DNA of 64,000 nt from positions 224,001-288,000 of the forward strand of contig CAVPOM010000003.1 in the NCBI GenBank assembly GCA_963707025.1. The letters run 5' to 3'. Numbering within the stretch: position 1 is the stretch's first letter; the number at the start of each line of letters is the position of its first letter. Positions 34,740-44,991 of this stretch are shown here, piece after piece. A program made the position numbers and the translations under genes. A model generated the notes under the pieces. The model searched no databases. It was not told the DNA's origin and was given only the letters and a program-made list of their open reading frames with translations. This DNA is from an uncultured Verrucomicrobiae bacterium (GTDB taxonomy: Bacteria; Verrucomicrobiota; Verrucomicrobiia; Limisphaerales; Palsa-1400).

Positions 34740-36265
34740 GCACAACTCCGATCATCCAGTTCGGCATCGAAACGGAAGTGGGCATCGCTCGCGACCCGGA
34801 GGAAAACCTGGACGTGGTGGCCGAGTCCATCGCCCTGGTGCGCAGCGCGACCAAATCGGGCGTGCTCATGCGGTGGGATTATGAATGCGAAGATCCGCAC
34901 GCCGACATGCGCGGATTCCATGTGGAGGAATTGCGGCAGGATTTCGACGAGGCGCATTATTTTGCGCAGGATTCGGCGCGGGAACTGAGTTTCGTGGAAA
35001 TCAAAAGCGACCTGGTGCTGGGCAACGGAGCCCGTTTTTACAACGACCACGCCCACCCGGAGTATTGCACGCCGGAATGCAGCACGCTGGAGGAACTGGC
35101 GGCGCATGACCGCGCGGGCGAGCGGATTTTGATGCGTTGCGCGCGAAAACTTTCCGAAGAACGCGGCGGCACGGTCCGCCTTTACAAGAACAACACCGAT
35201 TTCCGCGGGCACAGTTACGGGTGCCATGAGAATTACCTGCTGCCCCGCTCCCTTCCCTGGGAAACCCTGGCCCGCGGCGCGGAGGCCTTTCTGGTCACGC
35301 GGCAAATCTTTGCGGGGGCGGGGAAATTCGCCCTGGAGGAGGAGGACCGGTTTGTCGGGGCGGGATTCCAGATCGCGCAGCGCAGCGATTTTTTCAGCGA
35401 ACTGCAAAGCGTGGACACGATGCAGCGCCGGCCCATCATCAACACCCGCGACGAAGCGCACGCCGACCCCGCTTTATACCGCCGCTTCCACGTCATCCTG
35501 GGCGACGCCAACATGTCGCCCTTCGCCACCCGCCTGAAGACCGGCGCCACCGCCCTGATGCTCGAAGCCCTGGCGCGCCATCCCCGCTGGCCCTGCCCCG
35601 TGCTGGCCGACCCGCTGCGCGCCTTGCACGAGATTTCGCGGGACCCGGAATTTCGCCGGCCGGTCGCCTTGCAAGACGGCGCCGCCTCCAGCGCCCTGGC
35701 CGTGCAAAGGGCCTGGTGCGAGGCGGCGCGGGAATTTTGCGACCTGACCGACCCGGCCAAGGCGGCGCTGTGGCAGGACTGGAACCAAGTATTGACAGAC
35801 TTGGCCACCGACCCGATGCTCTGCCGGGACCGGCTGGATTGGGTGGCCAAACTGGGGCTGATCCGCGAATTCCAGGCGGCCCAAAAAATCGGCGGCCAGG
35901 ATGCCTGGCTGCGCAGCCTGGACCTGGAATATCACCGGCTGGATTTGGAGGCGGGCCTTTATTACGCGCTGGAACAATCCGGCGCCATGGCCTGGGCGCC
36001 GGAGGAGGCGGCGGTGCGGCGCGCCATCGCCGAACCGCCGCGCAGCACGCGGGCCTGCATCCGGGGACGGTGCATCCAGAAATTCTCCGAGCATGTCCTC
36101 TCCGCGCAATGGGACCACATCACCCTCCAAGGCAGCCGGCGTCCATTGAAGATCTCCCTGCTCAACCTGTTCACCCCCAAAGAACTGGCCGTGGCGCGCG
36201 AGGCGGTGGAGGCGGCGCGGCAGCCGGACGACCTGGCCGGAATCGCCGAGCCGGCCAATGAGTAA
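34736..36265 (+). CDS. dop: Pup deamidase/depupylase (Dop; PafA/Dop family)
   Basis: GIETEVG, NGARFYNDHAHPEYCTPEC (HAHPEY is Dop-type), KNNTD..SYGCHENY, RPIINTRDE, RRFHVILGDAN, LDWVAK, DLEYH. Confidence 0.85.
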   Translation: MSTTPIIQFGIETEVGIARDPEENLDVVAESIALVRSATKSGVLMRWDYECEDPHADMRGFHVEELRQDFDEAHYFAQDSARELSFVEIKSDLVLGNGARFYNDHAHPEYCTPECSTLEELAAHDRAGERILMRCARKLSEERGGTVRLYKNNTDFRGHSYGCHENYLLPRSLPWETLARGAEAFLVTRQIFAGAGKFALEEEDRFVGAGFQIAQRSDFFSELQSVDTMQRRPIINTRDEAHADPALYRRFHVILGDANMSPFATRLKTGATALMLEALARHPRWPCPVLADPLRALHEISRDPEFRRPVALQDGAASSALAVQRAWCEAAREFCDLTDPAKAALWQDWNQVLTDLATDPMLCRDRLDWVAKLGLIREFQAAQKIGGQDAWLRSLDLEYHRLDLEAGLYYALEQSGAMAWAPEEAAVRRAIAEPPRSTRACIRGRCIQKFSEHVLSAQWDHITLQGSRRPLKISLLNLFTPKELAVAREAVEAARQPDDLAGIAEPANE

Positions 36266-36439
36266 GCCGGCGCGGGCGCATGTCACTTTCTTGGGTCTCT
36301 GCTCCTTGGGATTGAGACGAAGAGTGGTTGCCCAACAAGATAAAATGCGCCCGGCTGCGGATGGGACGGAGGAAGGGCTTGATTTTTCGCGGCGGGGGAT
36401 GCAACTTGAGGCCCAAGAAAGGAAACTTTATTTATGGCC

Positions 36440-36883
36440 ATGCAAGCACTCGATTTAACCCGGCGTCCGCCGCGCAGTCCGCGCGTGCGCCTGGGCGGTT
36501 ACGTCATCCTTCCCCGCATGCTCGACAAGGGGCGGGCCACCATCAACCACAAAGCCGGGGAGTATCACTTCAACTGCCCGCTGGACCAGAGATTTCTGAC
36601 CTACGTCGGAATCCAGGCGGAGCCGCTGAAGAAACAACTGGCGCAAGGCAAAGGCGATGGCGAGATGCTGGCCTGGATCGAGGCCCACGCCAAATTCAAA
36701 CGGTCTGCCGTCGAAATCGCCGCCTGGTCGGTTTTTATGGAGCAGCGCGCGCCGTCGGACCTGGAAACGCGGAAGTATTTCAGCGAATTGCAGGCGGCCG
36801 CGGCGCCCAAACGCGAGGATGTGGCGACGTGGTTTGACTTGCTGGACGTGGATGATTTTGTCACCTTCGGCGGCCAGGCCTAA
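36440..36883 (+). CDS. DUF5069-like protein
   Basis: PRSPRVRLGGYVILPRMLDKGRA..GEYHFNCPLD..TWFDLLDVDD. Confidence 0.75.
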   Translation: MQALDLTRRPPRSPRVRLGGYVILPRMLDKGRATINHKAGEYHFNCPLDQRFLTYVGIQAEPLKKQLAQGKGDGEMLAWIEAHAKFKRSAVEIAAWSVFMEQRAPSDLETRKYFSELQAAAAPKREDVATWFDLLDVDDFVTFGGQA

Positions 36884-36894
36884 AAGGGTCCGCC

Positions 36895-37197
36895 TCAGGG
36901 TTCCTCCGCCAAGCGCCGCAAATAGTCGAAGGAAAAAATGCCGGTGGCGTGGCCGTCGGCCCAGACGGGCTGGATGGCATAGCCGCCCACCTTGGCGATC
37001 CGCGTGAGTTGGAAGGACAGCGGGGTGAGCGGTTCGTCCGGGCCTTTGTAGAGATTGCCCATAATGTCCGGCTCGCCCCGGCAGCCAGCGCAAGGACAGT
37101 GCCGGCGCAGCGCTTCCAGGGGAATAAAACTCTCCCGGCCATCGTCCCACTTGATGGCCAGTTCGCCGCCGATTTGCTGAATGTCCGCCGGATGCAC
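36895..37197 (-). CDS. DUF971 / GBBH-like N-terminal zinc-binding domain protein
   Basis: IKWDDG..LRRHCPCAGC..VGGYAIQPVWADGHATGIFSFDYL. Confidence 0.85.
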   Translation of the reverse strand: MHPADIQQIGGELAIKWDDGRESFIPLEALRRHCPCAGCRGEPDIMGNLYKGPDEPLTPLSFQLTRIAKVGGYAIQPVWADGHATGIFSFDYLRRLAEEP

Positions 37198-37231
37198 CCG
37201 CCCATGATACAGCCGCCGGCGGCGTTGGTCA

Positions 37232-37960
37232 TCAGGGAAAAAGGGCGGCGATGGTGGCCTGAATTTCCTCGGCCATTGCTTTGGGGTCGGGGGCGTTTTT
37301 AATGGGACGGCCCACCACGATGTAGTCGGCGCCATTGCGGAAAGCCTGCGCGACGTCCACCGTGCGTTTCTGGTCGTCCGCGGGTTTGTTTTCCACGGGA
37401 CGAATCCCGGGGGTGACGATGAGGAAATGGCCGCCCAAATGGGCGCGGAGTTTGGGGGCCTCCAGCCCGGAGGAAATGACGCCGTGGCAGCCGAGTTGCA
37501 AGGCGCGTTTGGCGCGGGAAAGGACCAGTTTTTCCACGTCGCAGGCAAAACCCAGATCGTCCAGATCGCCGCGGTCCAGGCTGGTCAGGACGGTGACGGC
37601 CAGGATTTTCACCCCGGTTTGTTCGCGGGCGGCGGCTTCCAGAATGCGGTCGTTGCCATGGACGGTGGCGAACTCGATTTTTTTGCCGCGCAGTTGCGCC
37701 ACGGCCAGGCGCACGGTTTCGGGAACATCGAAGAATTTAAGGTCCACAAAAACTTTTTTGCCCCGGGCGGCCAGCCAGTCAATCAATTCGTAATAACCGC
37801 CGGCCATGAAAATTTGCAGGCCCAGCTTGTAAAAAAGCACGGCGTCGCCCAGTTTTTCCACCCAGAGTTTGGCCTCCTCCACCGTGGAGACATCCAGGGC
37901 GAAAATGAGCCTTTCCCTTCTGGGAACGGCCTTTTGCGAGAGCAGCGGTTGAGTCGTCAT
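37232..37960 (-). CDS. pyrF: Orotidine-5'-phosphate decarboxylase
   Basis: LIFALD, FVDLKFFDVPETV, AVTVLTS, VTPGIRP, DDQKR, IVVGRPI. Confidence 0.96.
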   Translation of the reverse strand: MTTQPLLSQKAVPRRERLIFALDVSTVEEAKLWVEKLGDAVLFYKLGLQIFMAGGYYELIDWLAARGKKVFVDLKFFDVPETVRLAVAQLRGKKIEFATVHGNDRILEAAAREQTGVKILAVTVLTSLDRGDLDDLGFACDVEKLVLSRAKRALQLGCHGVISSGLEAPKLRAHLGGHFLIVTPGIRPVENKPADDQKRTVDVAQAFRNGADYIVVGRPIKNAPDPKAMAEEIQATIAALFP

Positions 37961-38102
37961 GCCGGCCTCAAAACTGGGCCGGATCAAACCGGTTGTCAAA
38001 AGCAATTGAATTCCACGGCGCCGATTGTCCTTGCGCGGAAGGCCGCTCGGGTGCTTGCTTTTACCGGCCCGGCCGGCGCCGCCGCCGGCGGGGCGAACCG
38101 TC

Positions 38103-38531
38103 ATGTATAAAAAAATTCTGGTGGCGCTGGAGAACAGCGGGGCGGACCAGGCTCTGCTGCCGCACGTCGCGGAGCTGGCCGGGCATTTCCATTCCCAACT
38201 GGTGCTGCTGCACGTGGCGGACGGCTGGGTGGCGCGCAATTTCGAGCGGATGAAACTGGCGGAATCCGACGAGATGAAGGAGGACCGGACTTACCTGGAA
38301 AAAACGGCGGCGGCGTTGCGCGAGCAGGGCTTGCAGGTGGAAACGCAACTGGCGCTGGGGGAACCTTCCACGGAAATTCTGCGCGCGGCCCGCCAGGAAG
38401 ATTGCGATTTGATCGCCATGACGACCCACGGGCACCGGTTCCTCGGCGACCTGGTTTTTGGCAGCACCATCCATCAGGTGCGGCACAAGTCGTTGATCCC
38501 CATTTTGCTGGTGAGAGCGGCTTCCAAATAG
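38103..38531 (+). CDS. Universal stress protein
   Basis: MYKKILVAL..DLIAMTTHGH..GDLVFGSTIHQVRH..PILLV. Confidence 0.92.
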   Translation: MYKKILVALENSGADQALLPHVAELAGHFHSQLVLLHVADGWVARNFERMKLAESDEMKEDRTYLEKTAAALREQGLQVETQLALGEPSTEILRAARQEDCDLIAMTTHGHRFLGDLVFGSTIHQVRHKSLIPILLVRAASK

Positions 38532-38537
38532 GAAAGC

Positions 38538-40178
38538 TTACTTGGCCGGGGCCGGAGTTTCGGGCTGGTTCCAGCCGCCGCCCAGGGATTTGTAGAGGCG
38601 GACGATGATCAGGAGTTGGTTGAGCTGGGTGCGGGCCAGGGCGTTTTCATCGGGAAACAATTTTTGCTGGGCGTCGAGAACCTCGAAATAATTGGCGTGG
38701 CCGGCGCGGTAGCGTTCGGTGGCGACCAGAACCGCTTCTTGGTAGGCGGCGACGGAACGGGCCTGCTGGAGGCGGGCTTCGTCGTATTTTTGCCGGGTGT
38801 AAAGCTGGCCGGAGACTTCATGGAAGGCCTGGAGGACGGTTTGCTGGTACTGCAGCCTGGTCTCGTCCCAGAAGGCCCGCGCCTGCAGGTATTGCCCATG
38901 GAGAAAGCCGGCCTGGAAAAGCGGGCCGCTGGCGTCGAGGCCGGCGGACCAAAGATGGGAGCCGGGGGCGGTCAAGGCCGAAAGCTCCGGGCTGACGGCG
39001 CCGAAAAGAGCGGTCAGGCCTATTTTTGGCAGGAAATCGCCCATGGTCACGCCGACTTGAGCGTTGGCGGAACGGAGCAGTTGTTCGGCTTGGCGAATGT
39101 CGGGCCGCCGCTCCAGCAGGGCGGCGGGCAGGCCGGCGGGCACCGCCGGGGAGACGGTTTGGGCGGTCAGGGGGGCGCCGCGCGGGATGGAGCCGGAACC
39201 CTGGCCGAGCAGAACCTTGAGTTGGTTCTCCTGCAGGCGGATGCGCTGTTCCAGATCGGGGACGACGGCGGCGACATCGGCCAGAGCGCCCTCGGCGTCG
39301 TCGGTTTCGAGTCGGGAGGCCACTCCGCCGCCCAGGCGCTGGTTGAAGAGCGATAAACTTTCGCCATAGGAGTTGGTGGTGCGCCGGGCAATTTCCAGTT
39401 CCGCGTCCAGTTCCAAAAGCTGGAAATAGTCCTGCGCCACCTCGGCGAGGAGGGAGAGGCGCACGCCGCGGCGGGCCTCTTCGCTGGCGAAGAATTGGGC
39501 GCGGGCGGCTTCATTGAGGCGGCGCACACGCCCCCACAGATCAATTTCCCAGGTGGCGTTGAGCGCGGCCTCGAAGGAACTGGTGGTGGCGCCGTTTCCC
39601 TGGGCATTGGCCCCGCCGCCGCTGGCGTTTTTTCCGCGGTAGCCGTTGACATCGTAGCCGGCCTGGGGGAAGAACTGGGAGCGCGCCTGCACGGCCAAGG
39701 CGCGGGCCTGCTCGACGCGGGCGGCGGCGATGCGGATGTCGTAATTATTGGTCAGGGCCAGGTGGATGAGGTTGGTGAGGGTGGGGTCGTTAAAAACCTC
39801 CCACCAAGGAAGGTCCGCCAAGGAATTGGTGGCGCCGGGATCGAGGCTGTATTTGAATTCTTGGGGAATGTCGGCGGCGGGGCGGTGATAATTGGGGCCG
39901 ATGGCGCAGCCGGACAGGAGAAGCAGGGCCAACCCCAGGATTGCGGATTGTCCCGATCTATCGGGACGGATTGCGGATTGGAAACACCGGGATAGCCAAC
40001 GGTGTAATGCGTTAGTAATGCGTGGGCCGGGAAAGGTAGGGCGGGTCCCGAAATATCGGGACCCGCCGCACGACCGCAGTGCGACGTTGATTCCTCTGCC
40101 CATGCCCGACGGCGGCCAGGTGACTGCCCGCCCTGCCATCCATGACGGACGCATTACCCAGCGGCGATTTGTCCTCAC
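38538..40178 (-). CDS. NodT/OprM-family efflux outer-membrane lipoprotein; start uncertain, N-terminus lengthened by repeats
   Basis: LLLLSGC lipobox, WWEVFNDPTL, WEIDLWGRVRR, LLERRPDIRQAE, LYKSLGGGW. GTG at 40178 overlaps the RND stop. Confidence 0.9.
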   Translation of the reverse strand: MRTNRRWVMRPSWMAGRAVTWPPSGMGRGINVALRSCGGSRYFGTRPTFPGPRITNALHRWLSRCFQSAIRPDRSGQSAILGLALLLLSGCAIGPNYHRPAADIPQEFKYSLDPGATNSLADLPWWEVFNDPTLTNLIHLALTNNYDIRIAAARVEQARALAVQARSQFFPQAGYDVNGYRGKNASGGGANAQGNGATTSSFEAALNATWEIDLWGRVRRLNEAARAQFFASEEARRGVRLSLLAEVAQDYFQLLELDAELEIARRTTNSYGESLSLFNQRLGGGVASRLETDDAEGALADVAAVVPDLEQRIRLQENQLKVLLGQGSGSIPRGAPLTAQTVSPAVPAGLPAALLERRPDIRQAEQLLRSANAQVGVTMGDFLPKIGLTALFGAVSPELSALTAPGSHLWSAGLDASGPLFQAGFLHGQYLQARAFWDETRLQYQQTVLQAFHEVSGQLYTRQKYDEARLQQARSVAAYQEAVLVATERYRAGHANYFEVLDAQQKLFPDENALARTQLNQLLIIVRLYKSLGGGWNQPETPAPAK

Positions 40179-43100
40179 GGCTCTCCTTCGGCTGGCTCCG
40201 CCGGAACCGGCGCGGGATGCGCTTTGAAACGATGGGCGATTCTTTCCACCACATAGAAAGTCACCGGGATGAGGAAGATGGCGATGCAGGTGGCGGCGAG
40301 CATGCCGCCAATGACGACGGTGCCCAGGATGCGCCGCGAAACACCCCCCGCCCCCGTGGCGATCCAGAGCGGAATGCACCCGAAGATGAACGCAAAGGAG
40401 GTCATCAGGATGGGACGTAGCCGGATGCGCGCCCCGGTCAGGGCGGCGTCGGTCAGGGATTTCCCCCTGGCATATTCCATGCGGGCGAACTCGACGATGA
40501 GGATGGCGTTCTTGGCGGCAAGGCCAATGAGCATGACCAGCCCAATCTGGGCATAAACATTGTTGTCCATGTGCCGCGCCATCAGGGCGGCGAAGGCGCC
40601 AAAGACAGCGATGGGTGTGCCAAGCAGAACGCTGAAGGGCAGCGACCAGCTTTCATAGAGGGCGGCCAGAATGAGAAAGACAAACAGGAGGGAGAGGCCA
40701 AAAACGGCGGCCGGTTTGACGCCTTTCTGGGCCGCTTTTTCCTGGAAGGACATGCCATAGTAATCGTAACCCATCTCCGGCCCCATGGTTTGGGCGAAAA
40801 CCTCCTCCAAGGCCTGCATGACCTCGGCGGAACTGTGGCCCGGCTTGGCGCTGACGTAGATGCGGGCGCTGCGAAAGAGGTTGTAACGCTCGGTGAATTC
40901 CGGCCCGGACTGCATCTTGATGCTGGCCAGGGCGGAGAGCGGCACGGGCTGGCCGGCGCGGTTGCGCACGTAGAAAAGGTTGATGTCTTCCGGGCGGGCG
41001 CGGTATTGGTCCTCCGCCTCGACATAGACCTGCCACTGGCGGCCGAAGCGGTTGAAATAATTGATAAACGTGCCGCCCAGATAAGCCTGGAGGGTCTGGT
41101 AAACCTCGCCGATATCCACGCCTTGCTTCAGGGCCTTGTCGCGGTCCACATTTATGTAGGCCTGCGGGACGAGCGGCAAAAAGGTCGTGCTCACACTGGC
41201 TACTTCCGAACGTTTGCGCGCCGCGACGAGGAACTTGTCCAAGTTTTCGCTCAAGAACTGAACGTCCCTGCCCGAACGGTCCTCCAGCATGAAGGTGACC
41301 CCGCCCGCCGCGCCCACGCCCTGGATCGCCGGCGGCGTCGAGACCCTGGCGGCGGCGCCAGGAATTTTCGCCAGTTCGGTGTCGAGGTGGCTGATGATGG
41401 CCTCGTACTGTTCGTCGGGCTGCTTGCGCTCGCTCCAGGGTTTAAGCGCGATCCACAAGAAGGCGCTGTAAGTGTTGCGCACGCCGCTCAGGAGGCTGAA
41501 TCCGACCACCGTAAGATAAGATTTGATGCCGGGCGTTTTGCTCAGGATGTCCTCGCACTGCCGCGCGACCTCGCTGGTCCGCTCGGTCGAGGCAGCGAAG
41601 GGAAGCGACGCCCCCACATAAATGTAGCCCTGGTCTTCTTCGGGGAGAAATCCGCCGGGCAGCCTTTTTCCAGACCAGGCCACAGCCAGCGCGACCAGGA
41701 GAAGGAAGGTCAGACTGATGGCCGATTTGCGAATCAGCACGGCGGAGAATCCCACGTAGCCGTGAGTCACCCGCCCATACTGGCGGTTGAACCAATCATA
41801 AAACTTGCCCAGCGGCCCGCCGCCTTTTTTCCTCGGACGCAACAGCAGGGCCGACAAAGCCGGACTGAGACTCAGCGCGTTGAAGGCGGAAATGAGCACG
41901 GAAATGGCGATGGTGACGGCGAATTGCTGGTAGAGGCGGCCGGTAATTCCCGGGATGAAAACCGTTGGCACAAAGACCGCCGCCAAAATCAGCGCGATGG
42001 CCACGACCGGCCCCGAAACCTCGGACATGGCCTTGAGCGCCGCCGCTTTGGGGGCCAATCCCTCCTCGATGTGGCGTTCCACGCACTCGACCACCACAAT
42101 GGCATCGTCCACCACCAGCCCGACCGCCAGCACCAGGCCGAAGAGCGACAAGGTGTTGATGGAAAAGCCGAGCATCGGGAACAGAATAAAAGTGCCCACC
42201 AGCGAAACCGGCACCGCCAGCAATGGGATCAGCGTGGCCCGCCATCCCTGCAAAAACACGAACACCACGAGCGTGACCAGCCCAAGCGCGGCCAGGAAGG
42301 TGAACAGGATCTCCCGCATGCCTTCGGTGATGGCCTGGGTCGTGTCCAGCGCTATGTCGTAATCAATGTCGTTGGGAAAGCGCTTCTTCAATTCTTCCAG
42401 CCGCCGCTTGACCTCCTTGGCGGCATCCAGGGCGTTGGAGCCGGGCAATTGGTAGAGCGACATGTTGGCGGCGGCTTTGCCGTTGTAGCGGCCAATGATG
42501 TCGTAATCCTGGCCGCCCAATTCAAGGCGGGCAACGTCGTGCAGCCGCACCACAGAGCCATCCGGGTTGGCTCGCACCACGATTTGGCCGAATTGCTCCG
42601 GGGTCACCAACCGGCCCTGGGCCACCACGTTAAAGGTGAACTGCTGTCCCGCCGGAGCGGGGCTGCCACCCAGCCTGCCGGCCGGGTTGACCGTGTTCTG
42701 AGCACTAACCGCGTTGACAATTTCCGGGACGGTGATGTTCAGTTTGGCCAGCAGGTCGGGTTTGACCCAGATGCGCATGGCATACTGGCCGGCGCCGAAA
42801 ACATTGATTTGGGCGATGCCTTTCACCCGGCTCAACTCATCATACATGTTGATGTAGGCGTAATTGGCCAGGAACTGGGCATCGTGGGTCCCCTTGGGCG
42901 AAAACACCGACACGAACAGGAACGGCGACGAGGTGGCTTTTTGCACCAGGACGCCCAGATCGCGCACGTCAGCCGGCAACTGGCTTTCGGCCTGGGAGTA
43001 GCGCAAAAACGTCAAATCCTGATCCACGTTGGGGTCGGTCCCGACCTCGTAGTTCACGTACATGCGCATCAGGCCGTTGTTGGCGTTGAGGGAATCAAGG

Positions 43101-43330
43101 TAATTCATGTTGTCCACGCCGCTCATTTTCTCCTCGATGGGCGCGGCCACCGACTGCTCCAGGGTGATGGCGTCGGCCCCCACATAGTTGGCCTGAACCT
43201 GAACCTCCGGCGGCACAATGTTGGGGAATTTGGAAATAGGCAGCCCAAAGAGCGTGACCAAGCCGACGATGACCGTGATGATGGAGATCACCATGGCGAC
43301 AATGGGACGGCTGATGAAAAAGCGGCTCAC
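40175..43330 (-). CDS. HAE1-family RND efflux permease (AcrB-like)
   Basis: MSRFFISRPI, GLVVDDAIVVVE, GLAAKNAILIVEFA, RLRPILMTS. 1051 aa. Confidence 0.96.
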   Translation of the reverse strand: MSRFFISRPIVAMVISIITVIVGLVTLFGLPISKFPNIVPPEVQVQANYVGADAITLEQSVAAPIEEKMSGVDNMNYLDSLNANNGLMRMYVNYEVGTDPNVDQDLTFLRYSQAESQLPADVRDLGVLVQKATSSPFLFVSVFSPKGTHDAQFLANYAYINMYDELSRVKGIAQINVFGAGQYAMRIWVKPDLLAKLNITVPEIVNAVSAQNTVNPAGRLGGSPAPAGQQFTFNVVAQGRLVTPEQFGQIVVRANPDGSVVRLHDVARLELGGQDYDIIGRYNGKAAANMSLYQLPGSNALDAAKEVKRRLEELKKRFPNDIDYDIALDTTQAITEGMREILFTFLAALGLVTLVVFVFLQGWRATLIPLLAVPVSLVGTFILFPMLGFSINTLSLFGLVLAVGLVVDDAIVVVECVERHIEEGLAPKAAALKAMSEVSGPVVAIALILAAVFVPTVFIPGITGRLYQQFAVTIAISVLISAFNALSLSPALSALLLRPRKKGGGPLGKFYDWFNRQYGRVTHGYVGFSAVLIRKSAISLTFLLLVALAVAWSGKRLPGGFLPEEDQGYIYVGASLPFAASTERTSEVARQCEDILSKTPGIKSYLTVVGFSLLSGVRNTYSAFLWIALKPWSERKQPDEQYEAIISHLDTELAKIPGAAARVSTPPAIQGVGAAGGVTFMLEDRSGRDVQFLSENLDKFLVAARKRSEVASVSTTFLPLVPQAYINVDRDKALKQGVDIGEVYQTLQAYLGGTFINYFNRFGRQWQVYVEAEDQYRARPEDINLFYVRNRAGQPVPLSALASIKMQSGPEFTERYNLFRSARIYVSAKPGHSSAEVMQALEEVFAQTMGPEMGYDYYGMSFQEKAAQKGVKPAAVFGLSLLFVFLILAALYESWSLPFSVLLGTPIAVFGAFAALMARHMDNNVYAQIGLVMLIGLAAKNAILIVEFARMEYARGKSLTDAALTGARIRLRPILMTSFAFIFGCIPLWIATGAGGVSRRILGTVVIGGMLAATCIAIFLIPVTFYVVERIAHRFKAHPAPVPAEPAEGEP

Positions 43331-43340
43331 TTGGAAATTC

Positions 43341-44526
43341 TCAATCCCTGCCGCGTCCGGGGGAATTCGTCATGGGTTGCGGGTTGACGGCTTCGCCGGC
43401 TCGGGCTTTTTGCAGGCCCTCCACGATGATGGTCTCGCCGGATTGGAGGCCGCTTTCGATGATCCACTTGTTGCTCATTTGCTCCCCGACTTTCACGGGG
43501 CGGATGGCAACCACATTGCTGCCGTTGGTCTGGACCACCACATCCACCTGGAAACTCCCCTGCAATTCCGTGACCGCGCGCTCTGGAACCAGGGCGACTC
43601 CTTTGCGCATTTCGGTGCGGGCTCTAATCCGGGCGTATTGCCCGGGGCGCAGAACATTGCCGGGATTGGGAAATAATACGGCCACGGTCACCGCGCCCGT
43701 GTTGGGCTCGACTTGGCGGTCCAGGAAATAAAACTTCCCCTTCTGCGGATAAACGGCCCCGTTGGCCAGAATCAGATCCAATTCCATCCCGCCGCCTTCC
43801 GTCCCGCTCCCGCTCGCAAAGGCCGCCAGATGGTCCAGGTAGTATTGTTCGGTGACGGTGATGTAGGCCTTGATCGGATCCAGCGTGGAAACCTCCGTCA
43901 GGTTGCCGGTGGCCGGGCCGACCAAATCGCCAATCTGGGCGCGGGCCAGGCCGGCGATCCCGTCAATGGGAGAAGTCACGCTGGCAAATTCCAGGTTCAA
44001 CTGGGCCTGCTCTTTGGCCGCCTGGCCCATGGCCACGCTGGCCACGGCCGCCTTGTTGGATTGCACGGCGTCATCCAATTCCTCCTGGCTGATGGCGTTG
44101 GATATGGCCAGCGGCCGGAAACGTTTGACATCCAGTTCCGTCCGCCCCAATTGCGCTTCCGCCATGCCGAGCTGGCCTTTGGCTTGATCCAGCGCCGCCG
44201 CAAATGGGCGCGCGTCAATCTGGAAAAGCACGTCCCCCTTTTTGACCAAACTGCCTTCCTTGTAATTCTGCGACATGAGATAGCCGGAAACCTGCGCGCG
44301 GATCTGGGCGTTGACGAAGCCGTCGAGCGAGCCAATCCATTCCTGATAGACGGGAACATCCTGGAGCCTCACCGTCATCACCTTGACTTCCGGCGGCGCC
44401 TGCGCCACGGGCGCGCCGGCCTTCTTCGCAGCCGGCCGCGCCGATCAGCAGCGCCATCGCCGCAAAAAAACCCCGGCGCCGGGAGATTCCCAGCCCGCGC
44501 CAATCGAGCAAATCTATGAGTCGCAT
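43341..44526 (-). CDS. RND membrane fusion protein (AcrA-like); frameshift at ~44428 after the lipobox
   Basis: IRAQVSGYL..EGSLVKKGDVLFQID, VTSPIDG, LRPGQYAR. Signal ..ALLIGAAGC lies in another frame (ATG 44526). Confidence 0.9.
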
Positions 44527-44991
44527 GCCATTAGCCTCTTTAATAGGCGAAAAGTGAAGCATACCGGGCCGGGAATGTAAAGAGCGAGCAGAGAATGTCT
44601 GTATTCTTGCTGGCAGCCAGCCGCCCCTTGGGCCGGCTCCGCGCGGGCAGCCAGGCCTGGCCCGATGAATCCGCCTGCGCCGGGCCTTTTTCCGGCCTTT
44701 CCCTGGCGGGAGCGGTTTAGAGGCTATTCTGATTTAGTTGATAATCAACGGGTTGCGAAGGGGAGGGGAAACGGGGGGTCAAAAAAAGGGAAAAAATGGG
44801 CGCGTTTGGCAGGCAAAACGGCCTTTTGCCCAAACTATTTTCACTTTTGCAAATCCACTTGTTTGGGGGCAAACGCGACTTGACCGGCCATTGGCAAGGG
44901 TTTTTTTGGGGTGGGCAGGGGCGTTTTCGGGCATGCATTTTGTACCCACGGTGGGCAGTCGCTTTTCAAAAGGTGTGTTTAAATAGTAAAT

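Noticed and set aside
36258..36458. Small ORF after dop as Pup/UBact
   Set aside because: Not acidic or disordered, and no C-terminal GG(E/Q).
40571..43387. 938-aa plus-strand ORF and similar long antisense ORFs (e.g. 8748-10361, 12272-13939, 33051-34745)
   Set aside because: Opposite-strand shadows of well-supported genes in high-GC DNA, with no motifs.
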